From Anaerohalosphaeraceae bacterium (GTDB lineage: Bacteria > Planctomycetota > Phycisphaerae > Sedimentisphaerales > Anaerohalosphaeraceae), in contig CAXXSL010000019.1 of NCBI GenBank assembly GCA_963675525.2, positions 160,001 through 224,000 on the forward strand: a stretch of 64,000 bases of DNA, given 5' to 3'. The notes beneath the pieces were generated by a model, which saw nothing but the letters and a program-made list of their open reading frames with translations, did no database searches and was not told where the DNA came from. Positions 56,921 through 64,000 of this stretch are shown here, in pieces (within the stretch, counting starts at the first letter, position 1; each line of letters begins with the position of its first letter). The position numbers and the translations under genes were made by a program.

Positions 56921-57973
56921 TCAAGAAAAATCTTGATTTCTGCACGTTTCAATAAAAGCAAGTATATTTTCCTTGGGATAATCCTCGCATACGATGATTC
57001 CGGGTGCAAGTATTAATCCACCGTTATATGACAAATTGTGTACGGAGTCCTTTATTTCACTAATGACATCGTCAGGGGTTCCAAAAGGCATGGTCCTTTG
57101 ACCGCTGATAACACCAAACAGCGTAAAAACATCTCCGAATTGTTTTTTTATACTGTAAACATTCATAACCTCGGGTTGAACCGGGTTGATTACCTCAATA
57201 CCTGCTTCTGCAATTTTGCCAAGTATACTCTCAATATTCCCATCACTATGCAGAAAAATATTCGTGTCCTTGCTCTTCTTCTTTATATATTCACAAATAC
57301 ACTTTATTCTCGGATAAATGAGCCTGATCCATCTTTCTTTTCCAATTAAAATGCCCCTTTGATCGCCCCAATCATCATTAAGCTTTATGGCATCCACATT
57401 CTTTTCAAACAGATAATCAATCACTAATAAATTATACTCTACAATTTTATCAAGCAGTTTTTCAGCAAATGCTTCATTGAGGACGCAATCCTCAAGAAAG
57501 TTTTGCATTCCTCTTAAATTAAACGCCTTCTCAATAAGCGTATAAATAATGTTTCCAACGCAATAAAGGTCGGAATTGTTTTGTATTCCCTCCTTTATTC
57601 CGACAAACCAGTCATCACATGGTTCGGGGAATTTGTATCCCTCCAGCGAATCCTTAAGAAGGGCAGGCCTTACGATTTCGCCTGCATAACCATCTTTCTC
57701 CGCCCATATACACCCGAACACATCTTTATAGTATTTACTGTCTTTCCTGAAATCAATTCCTTTTATATTTGATTCCTTGCTTATTTCTTCTATATATAAC
57801 TTAGGTCTAACGGTATAAATATAACTCCCAATTTCCCTGTTTAGGTCCTTGCTGTTCCACAGATTTTTAAGCCATTCAGCCACAAAAGGCCTGAAGCTTG
57901 CGTAATAAGGAATGCATTCTGTTTTTTTGTGACTAATGGCCGCCCTAACGACTTCCTTTTTATTTAACTTCAC
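56921..57973 (-). CDS. Uroporphyrinogen decarboxylase / MtaA-CmuA family protein
   Basis: KDVFGCIW, LRGMQNFL.D, DDWGDQRG, FLHSDGNI, INPVQP, GGLILAPG, P.ENI. Confidence 0.85.
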   Translation of the reverse strand: MKLNKKEVVRAAISHKKTECIPYYASFRPFVAEWLKNLWNSKDLNREIGSYIYTVRPKLYIEEISKESNIKGIDFRKDSKYYKDVFGCIWAEKDGYAGEIVRPALLKDSLEGYKFPEPCDDWFVGIKEGIQNNSDLYCVGNIIYTLIEKAFNLRGMQNFLEDCVLNEAFAEKLLDKIVEYNLLVIDYLFEKNVDAIKLNDDWGDQRGILIGKERWIRLIYPRIKCICEYIKKKSKDTNIFLHSDGNIESILGKIAEAGIEVINPVQPEVMNVYSIKKQFGDVFTLFGVISGQRTMPFGTPDDVISEIKDSVHNLSYNGGLILAPGIIVCEDYPKENILAFIETCRNQDFS

Positions 57974-58060
57974 TTAATACTCAACCGGCCTTTCATATTA
58001 GTAGGAATATACATATAGCATCCTTAGCCAGCTTTTTTAGCGTTTCTGTTTTTAAACGTG

Positions 58061-58087
58061 AAAGGGAGGAGATGGTCTCCTCCCTTT
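58061..58087 (-). terminator. Stem-loop after the RLP gene
   Basis: AAAGGGAGGAGA-TGG-TCTCCTCCCTTT. Confidence 0.75.
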
Positions 58088-58101
58088 TCAGCATTTGTTA
58101 A

Positions 58102-59457
58102 TCAGTCCAGCTTCATCGGCTTGGGGCGCAGCGCCTCGGAAGCCCTGAGCCACTTGGACGCCGGGCGGGTGGGCATACCCCACTTCTCCAGCGCGCGCTT
58201 CAGTTCCTTGTTCTCCGGCTTCTTGGCGAATTCGACGAACTGCTCGTCCGTCTCGGTATCCATCGCGCCGCGGATCGCCTGCTGCCACGCCGCCGCTCCG
58301 GCCGTGTATCCGTCCGGATGGCCCAGCATGCCGCCGCCCGAAGGAATGACGATGTCCGTGCCGTACTCGCCCAGCAGAATGGGCGCAAGCCCCGGATAGG
58401 TCCCCGCTGCCGGCATGGGCGCGGTCGGCTTGATGTGCTGCCACGGCGCCAGCTTGACCTGCCCGGTACGCAGTCCTTCCTCGTGTGATACCATCGGGAT
58501 CGAGGAGTAGATGTAGGGCGTCAGCATCAGATCCGCGCCGCACATTCTGGAAAGCTTGGCCAGCACCGGCCACGATATGCTCTTCATCATCGCGATCATA
58601 TGCGAGCCGTGCATCATGATGGGTACGTTGAGCTCCGGATCGGCTGTCAGCTCTTTGAAGGAGGAAAGCCCCTGCGAGTAGGTGATCAGTATGCCGTTGC
58701 CGCCCATCCCGACCAGCTTCCTTGCACGGTCGTGCACCTTGTTGCACTCGTCCGTGATGGAGCACAGATAGATCGGCATCTTGCCGGTCTTCTCCTTGGC
58801 CTTGTGCAGTGCTTCCATGACGTATTTCAGCCTGTCTTCAAACGTGCAGTTGTACACGTCCGATTGCATTTCGTCGTCCTTGATCATGTCTACGCCGCCG
58901 ATGGCGGTATCGTAGCACTGGGCTGCCGTGGCCTTGGGCGTCATGCCCATCTTGGGCTTGATGATGTGCAGCGACAGCGGCCTTCTCTCCTCCACGCCGA
59001 TCAGCTTCCGGAGGCCTTCGGGGCCGAACTTGGGTCCGGGGAAATTGTCGGTGAACGCTTCGGGGATGGCCACGTCGAGTATGCGGAACGTGTCGCAATA
59101 CGCAAAGCAGTTGCCCGCGAACGAGAGCAGCATCATCGGCAGGTTATCCCGGAACGCATTGACGCTCATCGCGAGCTGCACCACCGCTTCAGCTACGTAC
59201 GGGTCTTCGTTGGGGATCTGGTAGTAGCCGACGAGCTTGCAGGACAGCGTGTCCCGCACTTCGAACGTATCGTCCTTGATCTTTTCCCACGTTCCCGTGG
59301 AAGACTCCAGCGCCAGCGACTGGATCAGGCTCATGTGATCCAGAAAGTCAACGCCCTCCTTGCGGGCCTTCATATAATATGTGGCGATAATGTGATTCTT
59401 TAAGTCGATGCTCTCCAGCATATTATTGAATATTTCCGGCTGATAGTATGTGCGCAT
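58102..59457 (-). CDS. RuBisCO-like protein (form IV)
   Basis: ESSTGTW, AGN, GPKFG, IIKPKMG, GGVDMIKDDE, GGGMLGHP; lacks equivalents of R295, H327, K334 and S379. Confidence 0.92.
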   Translation of the reverse strand: MRTYYQPEIFNNMLESIDLKNHIIATYYMKARKEGVDFLDHMSLIQSLALESSTGTWEKIKDDTFEVRDTLSCKLVGYYQIPNEDPYVAEAVVQLAMSVNAFRDNLPMMLLSFAGNCFAYCDTFRILDVAIPEAFTDNFPGPKFGPEGLRKLIGVEERRPLSLHIIKPKMGMTPKATAAQCYDTAIGGVDMIKDDEMQSDVYNCTFEDRLKYVMEALHKAKEKTGKMPIYLCSITDECNKVHDRARKLVGMGGNGILITYSQGLSSFKELTADPELNVPIMMHGSHMIAMMKSISWPVLAKLSRMCGADLMLTPYIYSSIPMVSHEEGLRTGQVKLAPWQHIKPTAPMPAAGTYPGLAPILLGEYGTDIVIPSGGGMLGHPDGYTAGAAAWQQAIRGAMDTETDEQFVEFAKKPENKELKRALEKWGMPTRPASKWLRASEALRPKPMKLD

Positions 59458-59495
59458 TGTAAACCCTCACTTTGAAATATAAATTTGATGGCTTC

Positions 59496-59524
59496 ATCAT
59501 AGCATATGATATTCCTATTTGCAA
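59496..59524 (-). promoter_or_regulatory. SigA-type promoter of the RLP gene
   Basis: TTGCAA-N17-TATGAT with extended TG. Confidence 0.65.
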
Positions 59525-59580
59525 CTCTGGATTTGCTTTTATCTTTTTATATTTGTTATTTGCAAATTATAATACAAAAG

Positions 59581-59608
59581 AATACCGCACTCCATGATGT
59601 GCGGTATT
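59581..59608 (-). terminator. Terminator after galE
   Basis: AATACCGCAC/GTGCGGTATT stem. Confidence 0.75.
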
Positions 59609-59630
59609 AAAATGCCTTTGTGTTTTCGTT

Positions 59631-60617
59631 TTAATCCGTATAGCCGCGTGGATGGCTCCCGTGCCACCGCCACTCGGACTCAATGATCAAACCGATATCC
59701 TCATACTGTGGTTTCCATCCCAGCACCCTTCTGGCCTTGCTTGAATCGGCAACCAGCCTGGCCGGGTCCCCCGGGCGGCGGTCTGCCATGACCACCTTGA
59801 TCTCCCTGCCGGTCACCTCACGCGCCTTGCGGATAATCTCCATCACGGAAAAACCGTTGCCGCTGCCCAGGTTGAAGCTGTCCGAAGTGCCGCCGTTTTG
59901 CAGATATTCCAGCGCCAGAATGTGCGCTTCCGCAAGGTCCATCACGTGCACATAGTCGCGGATACACGTGCCGTCCGGCGTATCGTAATCGCTGCCGAAT
60001 ACGCTGACGCTCTCCCGCTTGCCCATTGCCGCCTGCAGCACGATGGGTACCAGATGCGACTCCGGGTCGTGGTCCTCTCCGATTTTACCGGACGGGTGCG
60101 CACCCGCCGCGTTGAAATACCGCGGCGCCGCCCATTTGATGCCGTATGCCTCGTCGCACCAGCGGAGCATCTTCTCTACCGCCAGCTTTGTCTCGCCGTA
60201 CGGATTGACCGGGGTCTTTTCGCTGTCCTCGCTGATGGGTACGCTCTTGGGAAATCCATATACCGCGGCGGTGGAGGAAAATACGATATGCTTTACGCCG
60301 TGCCGGTTCATGCTCTCCAGCATGCACATCACGGTATAGACGTTGTTGCGGTAGAACGAAAGCGGGTCCTTCATGCTCAGGCCCACCTCGATATCGGCGG
60401 CGAAGTGGATCACTGCGTCAATGTCGTTTTCCCCGAACACCTTATCAATGAACGCGGCGTCTCGGATATCACCGGTATAAAGCTTTCCGCCAATTACCGC
60501 GTCTTTATGTCCCTTCACCATGCTGTCCACCACAACGACATTTTCGCCCTTTTCGAGCAGCGCCGCCACCGTATGGCTCCCGATATACCCCGCGCCCCCC
60601 GCAACCATTATTGCCAT
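59631..60617 (-). CDS. galE: UDP-glucose 4-epimerase
   Basis: GGAGYIGSH, FSSTAAVYG, YGETK, RYFNAAGA, DGTCIRDYVHV. Confidence 0.96.
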   Translation of the reverse strand: MAIMVAGGAGYIGSHTVAALLEKGENVVVVDSMVKGHKDAVIGGKLYTGDIRDAAFIDKVFGENDIDAVIHFAADIEVGLSMKDPLSFYRNNVYTVMCMLESMNRHGVKHIVFSSTAAVYGFPKSVPISEDSEKTPVNPYGETKLAVEKMLRWCDEAYGIKWAAPRYFNAAGAHPSGKIGEDHDPESHLVPIVLQAAMGKRESVSVFGSDYDTPDGTCIRDYVHVMDLAEAHILALEYLQNGGTSDSFNLGSGNGFSVMEIIRKAREVTGREIKVVMADRRPGDPARLVADSSKARRVLGWKPQYEDIGLIIESEWRWHGSHPRGYTD

Positions 60618-61786
60618 GAAATAACCTCCCTCGCGCCGTCACCGGCATTGGATTGATAGAACGCGGGTGCGTATCCGATCCGCCGGGTATACGCCTCCGC
60701 CATTGCTTTCTTAAATGCTTCCGTCTTCGTCTTCTCAACGATGCTGATGTTGCACCCGCCGAAGCCGCCGCCCGTCATGCGCGACCCAATGACGCCGTCG
60801 ATGCCCATCGCGATGTCGAAAACGGCGTCGAGCTCCTTGCCCGTCGCTTCATAGTCGTCCCGCATGGAGACGTTCGCCTCGCAGAGCAGCTTACCGAAGG
60901 CGGCGATATCGCCCCGCTCCAGCGCTGAAAGCGACGCTACGGTACGCGCTTCCTCCGTGGCGCAGTGCCGCGCCCGCCGGTACAGCTTTTCGTTGCTGAA
61001 AAAGCGCTTAAAGCCCTCCAGTTCCTTCGGGCGGATCGCGCACAGGTTCGGGTAATCGCCCCCGTTGCCGTTGATAACCGTCAACGCCTGTTCGCATTCG
61101 CTCCGCCTCCGGTTATACTGCGAGTCGGTCAGCTTGTGCGGGGCGTTCGTGTTGGTGATCACGATGGTGTATTCTCCTAATTCGAGCGGCACATACCGGT
61201 ATTCCAGCGTGCTGCAGTCGAGGAATATCGCGTGACCCTTCTTCGCCATCGCGGAGGCGAACTGATCCATGATACCGCATTTCATGCCGACGTACTCGTT
61301 CTCCGCCTTCTGGGCGAGCAACGCAATTTGTACCATATCGAGGTCTTCACGCCCGCCCAGCTTCGCGAGCGCCACCGCCGTCGCTACCTCGATCGAGGCG
61401 GAGGAGGAAAGCCCCGCGCCGAACGGCACGGTCCCGTGGTACAACAAATCGCAGCCGACGAGGCTGTATCCCGCCTGCTGCAATATATACGCCACGCCGC
61501 ACTGGTAGCTGCCCCAGCGCAAATGTTTGTAATTTTCCAGCGCACCCAAGTCCGCACTGACCCGGTCGGGCAGGTCGGTCGCCGCGAGGCTGATGGCCTG
61601 CGTACCGTTGGGCCGTGCGATCACAACGGTCGTCATATCCAGCGCCGCGGGGAACACGTGACCGCCATTGTAGTCGATATGCTCGCCGATCAGGTTGATG
61701 CGCCCCGGCGCTTCGAATATACAGATGCCATTCTCTGTTCCCCCGTAGATTTTCAATAATTCCGTCACAAGCTCGTGATATGTCAT
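60608..61786 (-). CDS. galK: Galactokinase
   Basis: APGRINLIGEHIDYN, PFGAGLSSSA, CGIMDQF, GSRMTGGGFGGC. Confidence 0.96.
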   Translation of the reverse strand: MTYHELVTELLKIYGGTENGICIFEAPGRINLIGEHIDYNGGHVFPAALDMTTVVIARPNGTQAISLAATDLPDRVSADLGALENYKHLRWGSYQCGVAYILQQAGYSLVGCDLLYHGTVPFGAGLSSSASIEVATAVALAKLGGREDLDMVQIALLAQKAENEYVGMKCGIMDQFASAMAKKGHAIFLDCSTLEYRYVPLELGEYTIVITNTNAPHKLTDSQYNRRRSECEQALTVINGNGGDYPNLCAIRPKELEGFKRFFSNEKLYRRARHCATEEARTVASLSALERGDIAAFGKLLCEANVSMRDDYEATGKELDAVFDIAMGIDGVIGSRMTGGGFGGCNISIVEKTKTEAFKKAMAEAYTRRIGYAPAFYQSNAGDGAREVISWQ

Positions 61787-62757
61787 ATGCTGCTCCGCAT
61801 TATATATTTTTGGTACGCCGCCCGCAGCTCAACCGCTTTTTCCTCAGGCGCGGTCGGGTTGCAGTGCGCCCACGCGCCCGTTTCGCTGGACGCGAGGAAC
61901 TGCTGCTTGTCCTTGCTCCGCATGGGCGTGAAGAATTCGATATGAAAGTGGAAGCTGTCCATATCGCCCATGTGGACTGGTGCGTTGTACATGCACATCA
62001 TGTAGGGGAACGGCATGTCAAACAGGCTGTCGTACATTCCCACCGTGGCGCGCAGCGTCTCCGCCATCGTCCGTTTTTCCGCTTCGTCAAATTCCGCAAT
62101 GCATTGGATGTGTTTTTTGGATATGATCTGCGTGCCGTAAGCAAACTCGGAGTAGAACGGGATGATCACGCTGAAATGTTCGTTTTCAAAGATGACGCGC
62201 TTACCCGCCTTCTCTTCCGCCTTCATCCAGTCGCAGAAGACGCAGCGGCCCGTCTCCGCTTTATGCTTTTGCGCGCAGTCCAGCTTGAGTTCCAGCTTCT
62301 TAGGCAAAAACGGGTAGGCATAGATCTGCCCGTGCGGGTGCGGCATCGTAACGCCTACCACCTCGCCGCGGTTCTCGAATATCATGATGTACTTCGTTTT
62401 TTCGTACTTCGAGAGATCAACAAACCGTTCGCACCACAGGTCGACAAGCTTTTTGACGTGCGGTATGGAAAGCTGCGGCAGCGTCGCATTGTGATCCGGC
62501 GAGTACAGGATCACCTCGCACTTGCCGTATGCCTTCTCCACCCTGAAAAAATCCGTGGCCACATCGTCGGGTTCCGGCGGGTCCATGGAGAGCGCGGGAA
62601 AGTCGTTATCGTACTTTAAAACTTCGTAGTGATCCGGCACCCTGCCCGACCCCGGACAGAAGGGACACCAGTCTTTGGGCATCTGTGGCCGGCCCTGCCT
62701 CGCTGACGCCACCATCACCCAGTCGTTCTTGAAGGGGTTCCATCTCAGTTCCGCCAT
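61783..62757 (-). CDS. galT: Galactose-1-phosphate uridylyltransferase
   Basis: ELRWNP, CPFCPG, NDFPAL, FENRG, HPHGQ; AGGAG RBS before ATG 62757. Confidence 0.94.
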   Translation of the reverse strand: MAELRWNPFKNDWVMVASARQGRPQMPKDWCPFCPGSGRVPDHYEVLKYDNDFPALSMDPPEPDDVATDFFRVEKAYGKCEVILYSPDHNATLPQLSIPHVKKLVDLWCERFVDLSKYEKTKYIMIFENRGEVVGVTMPHPHGQIYAYPFLPKKLELKLDCAQKHKAETGRCVFCDWMKAEEKAGKRVIFENEHFSVIIPFYSEFAYGTQIISKKHIQCIAEFDEAEKRTMAETLRATVGMYDSLFDMPFPYMMCMYNAPVHMGDMDSFHFHIEFFTPMRSKDKQQFLASSETGAWAHCNPTAPEEKAVELRAAYQKYIMRSSI

Positions 62758-62794
62758 TATGATCTCCTGTTGTTCCGTTTCTCTGGTCTTCAAG

Positions 62795-62823
62795 ATTATA
62801 TGACTTTTTTAAGTTTTCTTCAA
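62795..62823 (-). promoter_or_regulatory. SigA-type promoter of galTKE
   Basis: TTGAAG-N17-TATAAT. Confidence 0.65.
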
Positions 62824-62825
62824 CT

Positions 62826-62858
62826 TAAAAACCTGCAGAGCGCTCCTGCAGGTTTTTA
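62826..62858 (-). terminator. Terminator after the ABC ATPase gene
   Basis: TAAAAACCTGCAG/CTGCAGGTTTTTA. Confidence 0.8.
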
Positions 62859-62945
62859 TAAAAGGGACGGTCTTAGGTAAAAAAGACCCGTGAGTATATA
62901 CCCATTCTTCCGTTCTGTTCACGTGCGGCATGCCGGGCATGATGA

Positions 62946-64000
62946 TCAGCAAATCAGGTTCTGTTCGCTTTCCGTATCAAACAGGTGAATTTTTCCGGTG
63001 TTCGGCAGTATGTTGATGTTGTCAAGACGCGTATTGGCGTACTCTGCTTTCACCCGCAGTACAGCCTCCACTTCCTGCCCCTGGCCTGCCGGTATTTTCA
63101 CATGCAGATTTGCCTCGGAGCCCATCAGCTCGGATACGTCAATCACGGATTGTATTGCGTTCTTACCGTCTGCCGATACCTCGAAATCCTCCGGACGGAT
63201 ACCGGCTGTGATCGGACAGGCGGGCTGTTTTTTATCGCGGAGTATGATCTGCTTGTCTTCCGGCAGCTCATACTGCCGGTTAAACAACTTCACGCTGTAT
63301 TTCCCTCTCTCCAGCACCAGTTCGGCATTTTCAAAGAAGTTCATCTGTGGCGTGCCGATGAAGCCCGCAACAAACAGGTTGGCCGGATTTTCAAAAATGT
63401 CGTGCGGTTTGCCGATCTGCTGGATAATTCCCTCTTTCATCACCACGATGCGGGTTCCCAGCGTCATCGCTTCAATCTGGTCGTGCGTGACATAGATAAA
63501 CGTCGTATCGAGGTCCTTGTGAAGCTTGATGAGTTCGGCGCGCATCTGTCCGCGGAGTTTTGCATCCAGGTTGGACAGCGGCTCATCCATCAAAAACACC
63601 TGCGGCTCCCGGACGATTGCACGGCCTATCGCAACGCGCTGGCGCTGGCCGCCTGAAAGCTGCTTTGGCTTGCGCTTCAGCAACTCCTCGATACCCAGTA
63701 TCTTGGCGGCTTTTCCTACGCGCTCGTTGATCGCGCTCTTGGAAAACTTCCGGAGCTTAAGTGCGAAAGCCATATTCTCAAAAACCGTCATATGGGGATA
63801 GAGGGCGTAGTTCTGGAAAACCATCGCGATATCCCTGTCCTTGGGCGCAACGTCGTTAACAAGTTTGCCGCCGATATAGAGCTCGCCGCTGGTAATCTCC
63901 TCCAGCCCGGCGATCATGCGCAGGGTGGTGGATTTTCCGCAGCCGGACGGGCCGACCAGCACGATAAACTCTTTATCCGCGATCTCCATGTTGAAGTCTT
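62946..64000 (-). CDS. msmK: Sugar ABC transporter ATP-binding protein (MsmK/MalK/UgpC), 5'-partial
   Basis: [44 protein letters not shown]. Confidence 0.93.
   Translation of the reverse strand, partial: DFNMEIADKEFIVLVGPSGCGKSTTLRMIAGLEEITSGELYIGGKLVNDVAPKDRDIAMVFQNYALYPHMTVFENMAFALKLRKFSKSAINERVGKAAKILGIEELLKRKPKQLSGGQRQRVAIGRAIVREPQVFLMDEPLSNLDAKLRGQMRAELIKLHKDLDTTFIYVTHDQIEAMTLGTRIVVMKEGIIQQIGKPHDIFENPANLFVAGFIGTPQMNFFENAELVLERGKYSVKLFNRQYELPEDKQIILRDKKQPACPITAGIRPEDFEVSADGKNAIQSVIDVSELMGSEANLHVKIPAGQGQEVEAVLRVKAEYANTRLDNINILPNTGKIHLFDTESEQNLIC

Noticed and set aside
58088..58765. 225 aa same-strand alternative-frame ORF inside the RLP gene
   Set aside because: Arg/Ala/Gly-rich composition typical of off-frame reading in GC-rich DNA; no RBS or motif
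58102..59457. Bona fide CO2-fixing RuBisCO
   Set aside because: Lacks K334, R295, H327 and S379 equivalents; no phosphoribulokinase, small subunit or AMP-pathway genes nearby
1..64000. CRISPR array, prophage, integrase/transposase or recognisable defence genes
   Set aside because: No regularly spaced repeats and no ORF with such motifs seen
53631..64000. Single operon from msmK to the Gfo gene, or functional link to the planctomycete sugar genes
   Set aside because: Internal terminators and promoters split it into several units, and the junction suggests a different source genome

Overview
This window holds two different genomic segments joined at about 53,630. Bases 1 to ~53,630 look like a Planctomycetota genome, probably Phycisphaerae/Sedimentisphaerales (inferred from DUF1559/H-X9-DG, PEP-CTERM, dockerin-like and ECF/FecR hallmarks). 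This segment carries: a GH2 gene and a XylR-type regulator with a yphC-like sugar catabolic/ABC operon; a ~10.5 kb block (ECF sigma, FecR, GH43, PEP-CTERM and LamG proteins) bracketed by a ~120 bp direct repeat and ending at tRNA-Asn; a Ser/Thr kinase-phosphoesterase pair; an exosortase/EPS operon (wza, xrt, epsI, TPR, wzc, hypothetical, GGDEF); nifJ; a pectate lyase; a MITE-like palindrome; an esterase-MBL fusion; a 6S-like RNA; rodA and nrnA; two frameshifted surface-protein genes; and a TMTC-like glycosyltransferase. At ~53,630 two genes are cut off tail-to-tail. The rest looks Bacillota/Clostridia-like, with every gene on the minus strand: msmK-like ATPase, galT-galK-galE, a form IV RuBisCO-like protein with a remodelled active site, a URO-D-family protein, L-rhamnose mutarotase, a class III aminotransferase, an SDR and a truncated Gfo/Idh/MocA gene. 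The best candidates for undescribed systems are (i) an exosortase-anchored, dockerin-based surface glycan-processing complex and (ii) the RuBisCO-like-protein sugar catabolic neighbourhood. All calls come from reading motifs by eye; no searches were run.
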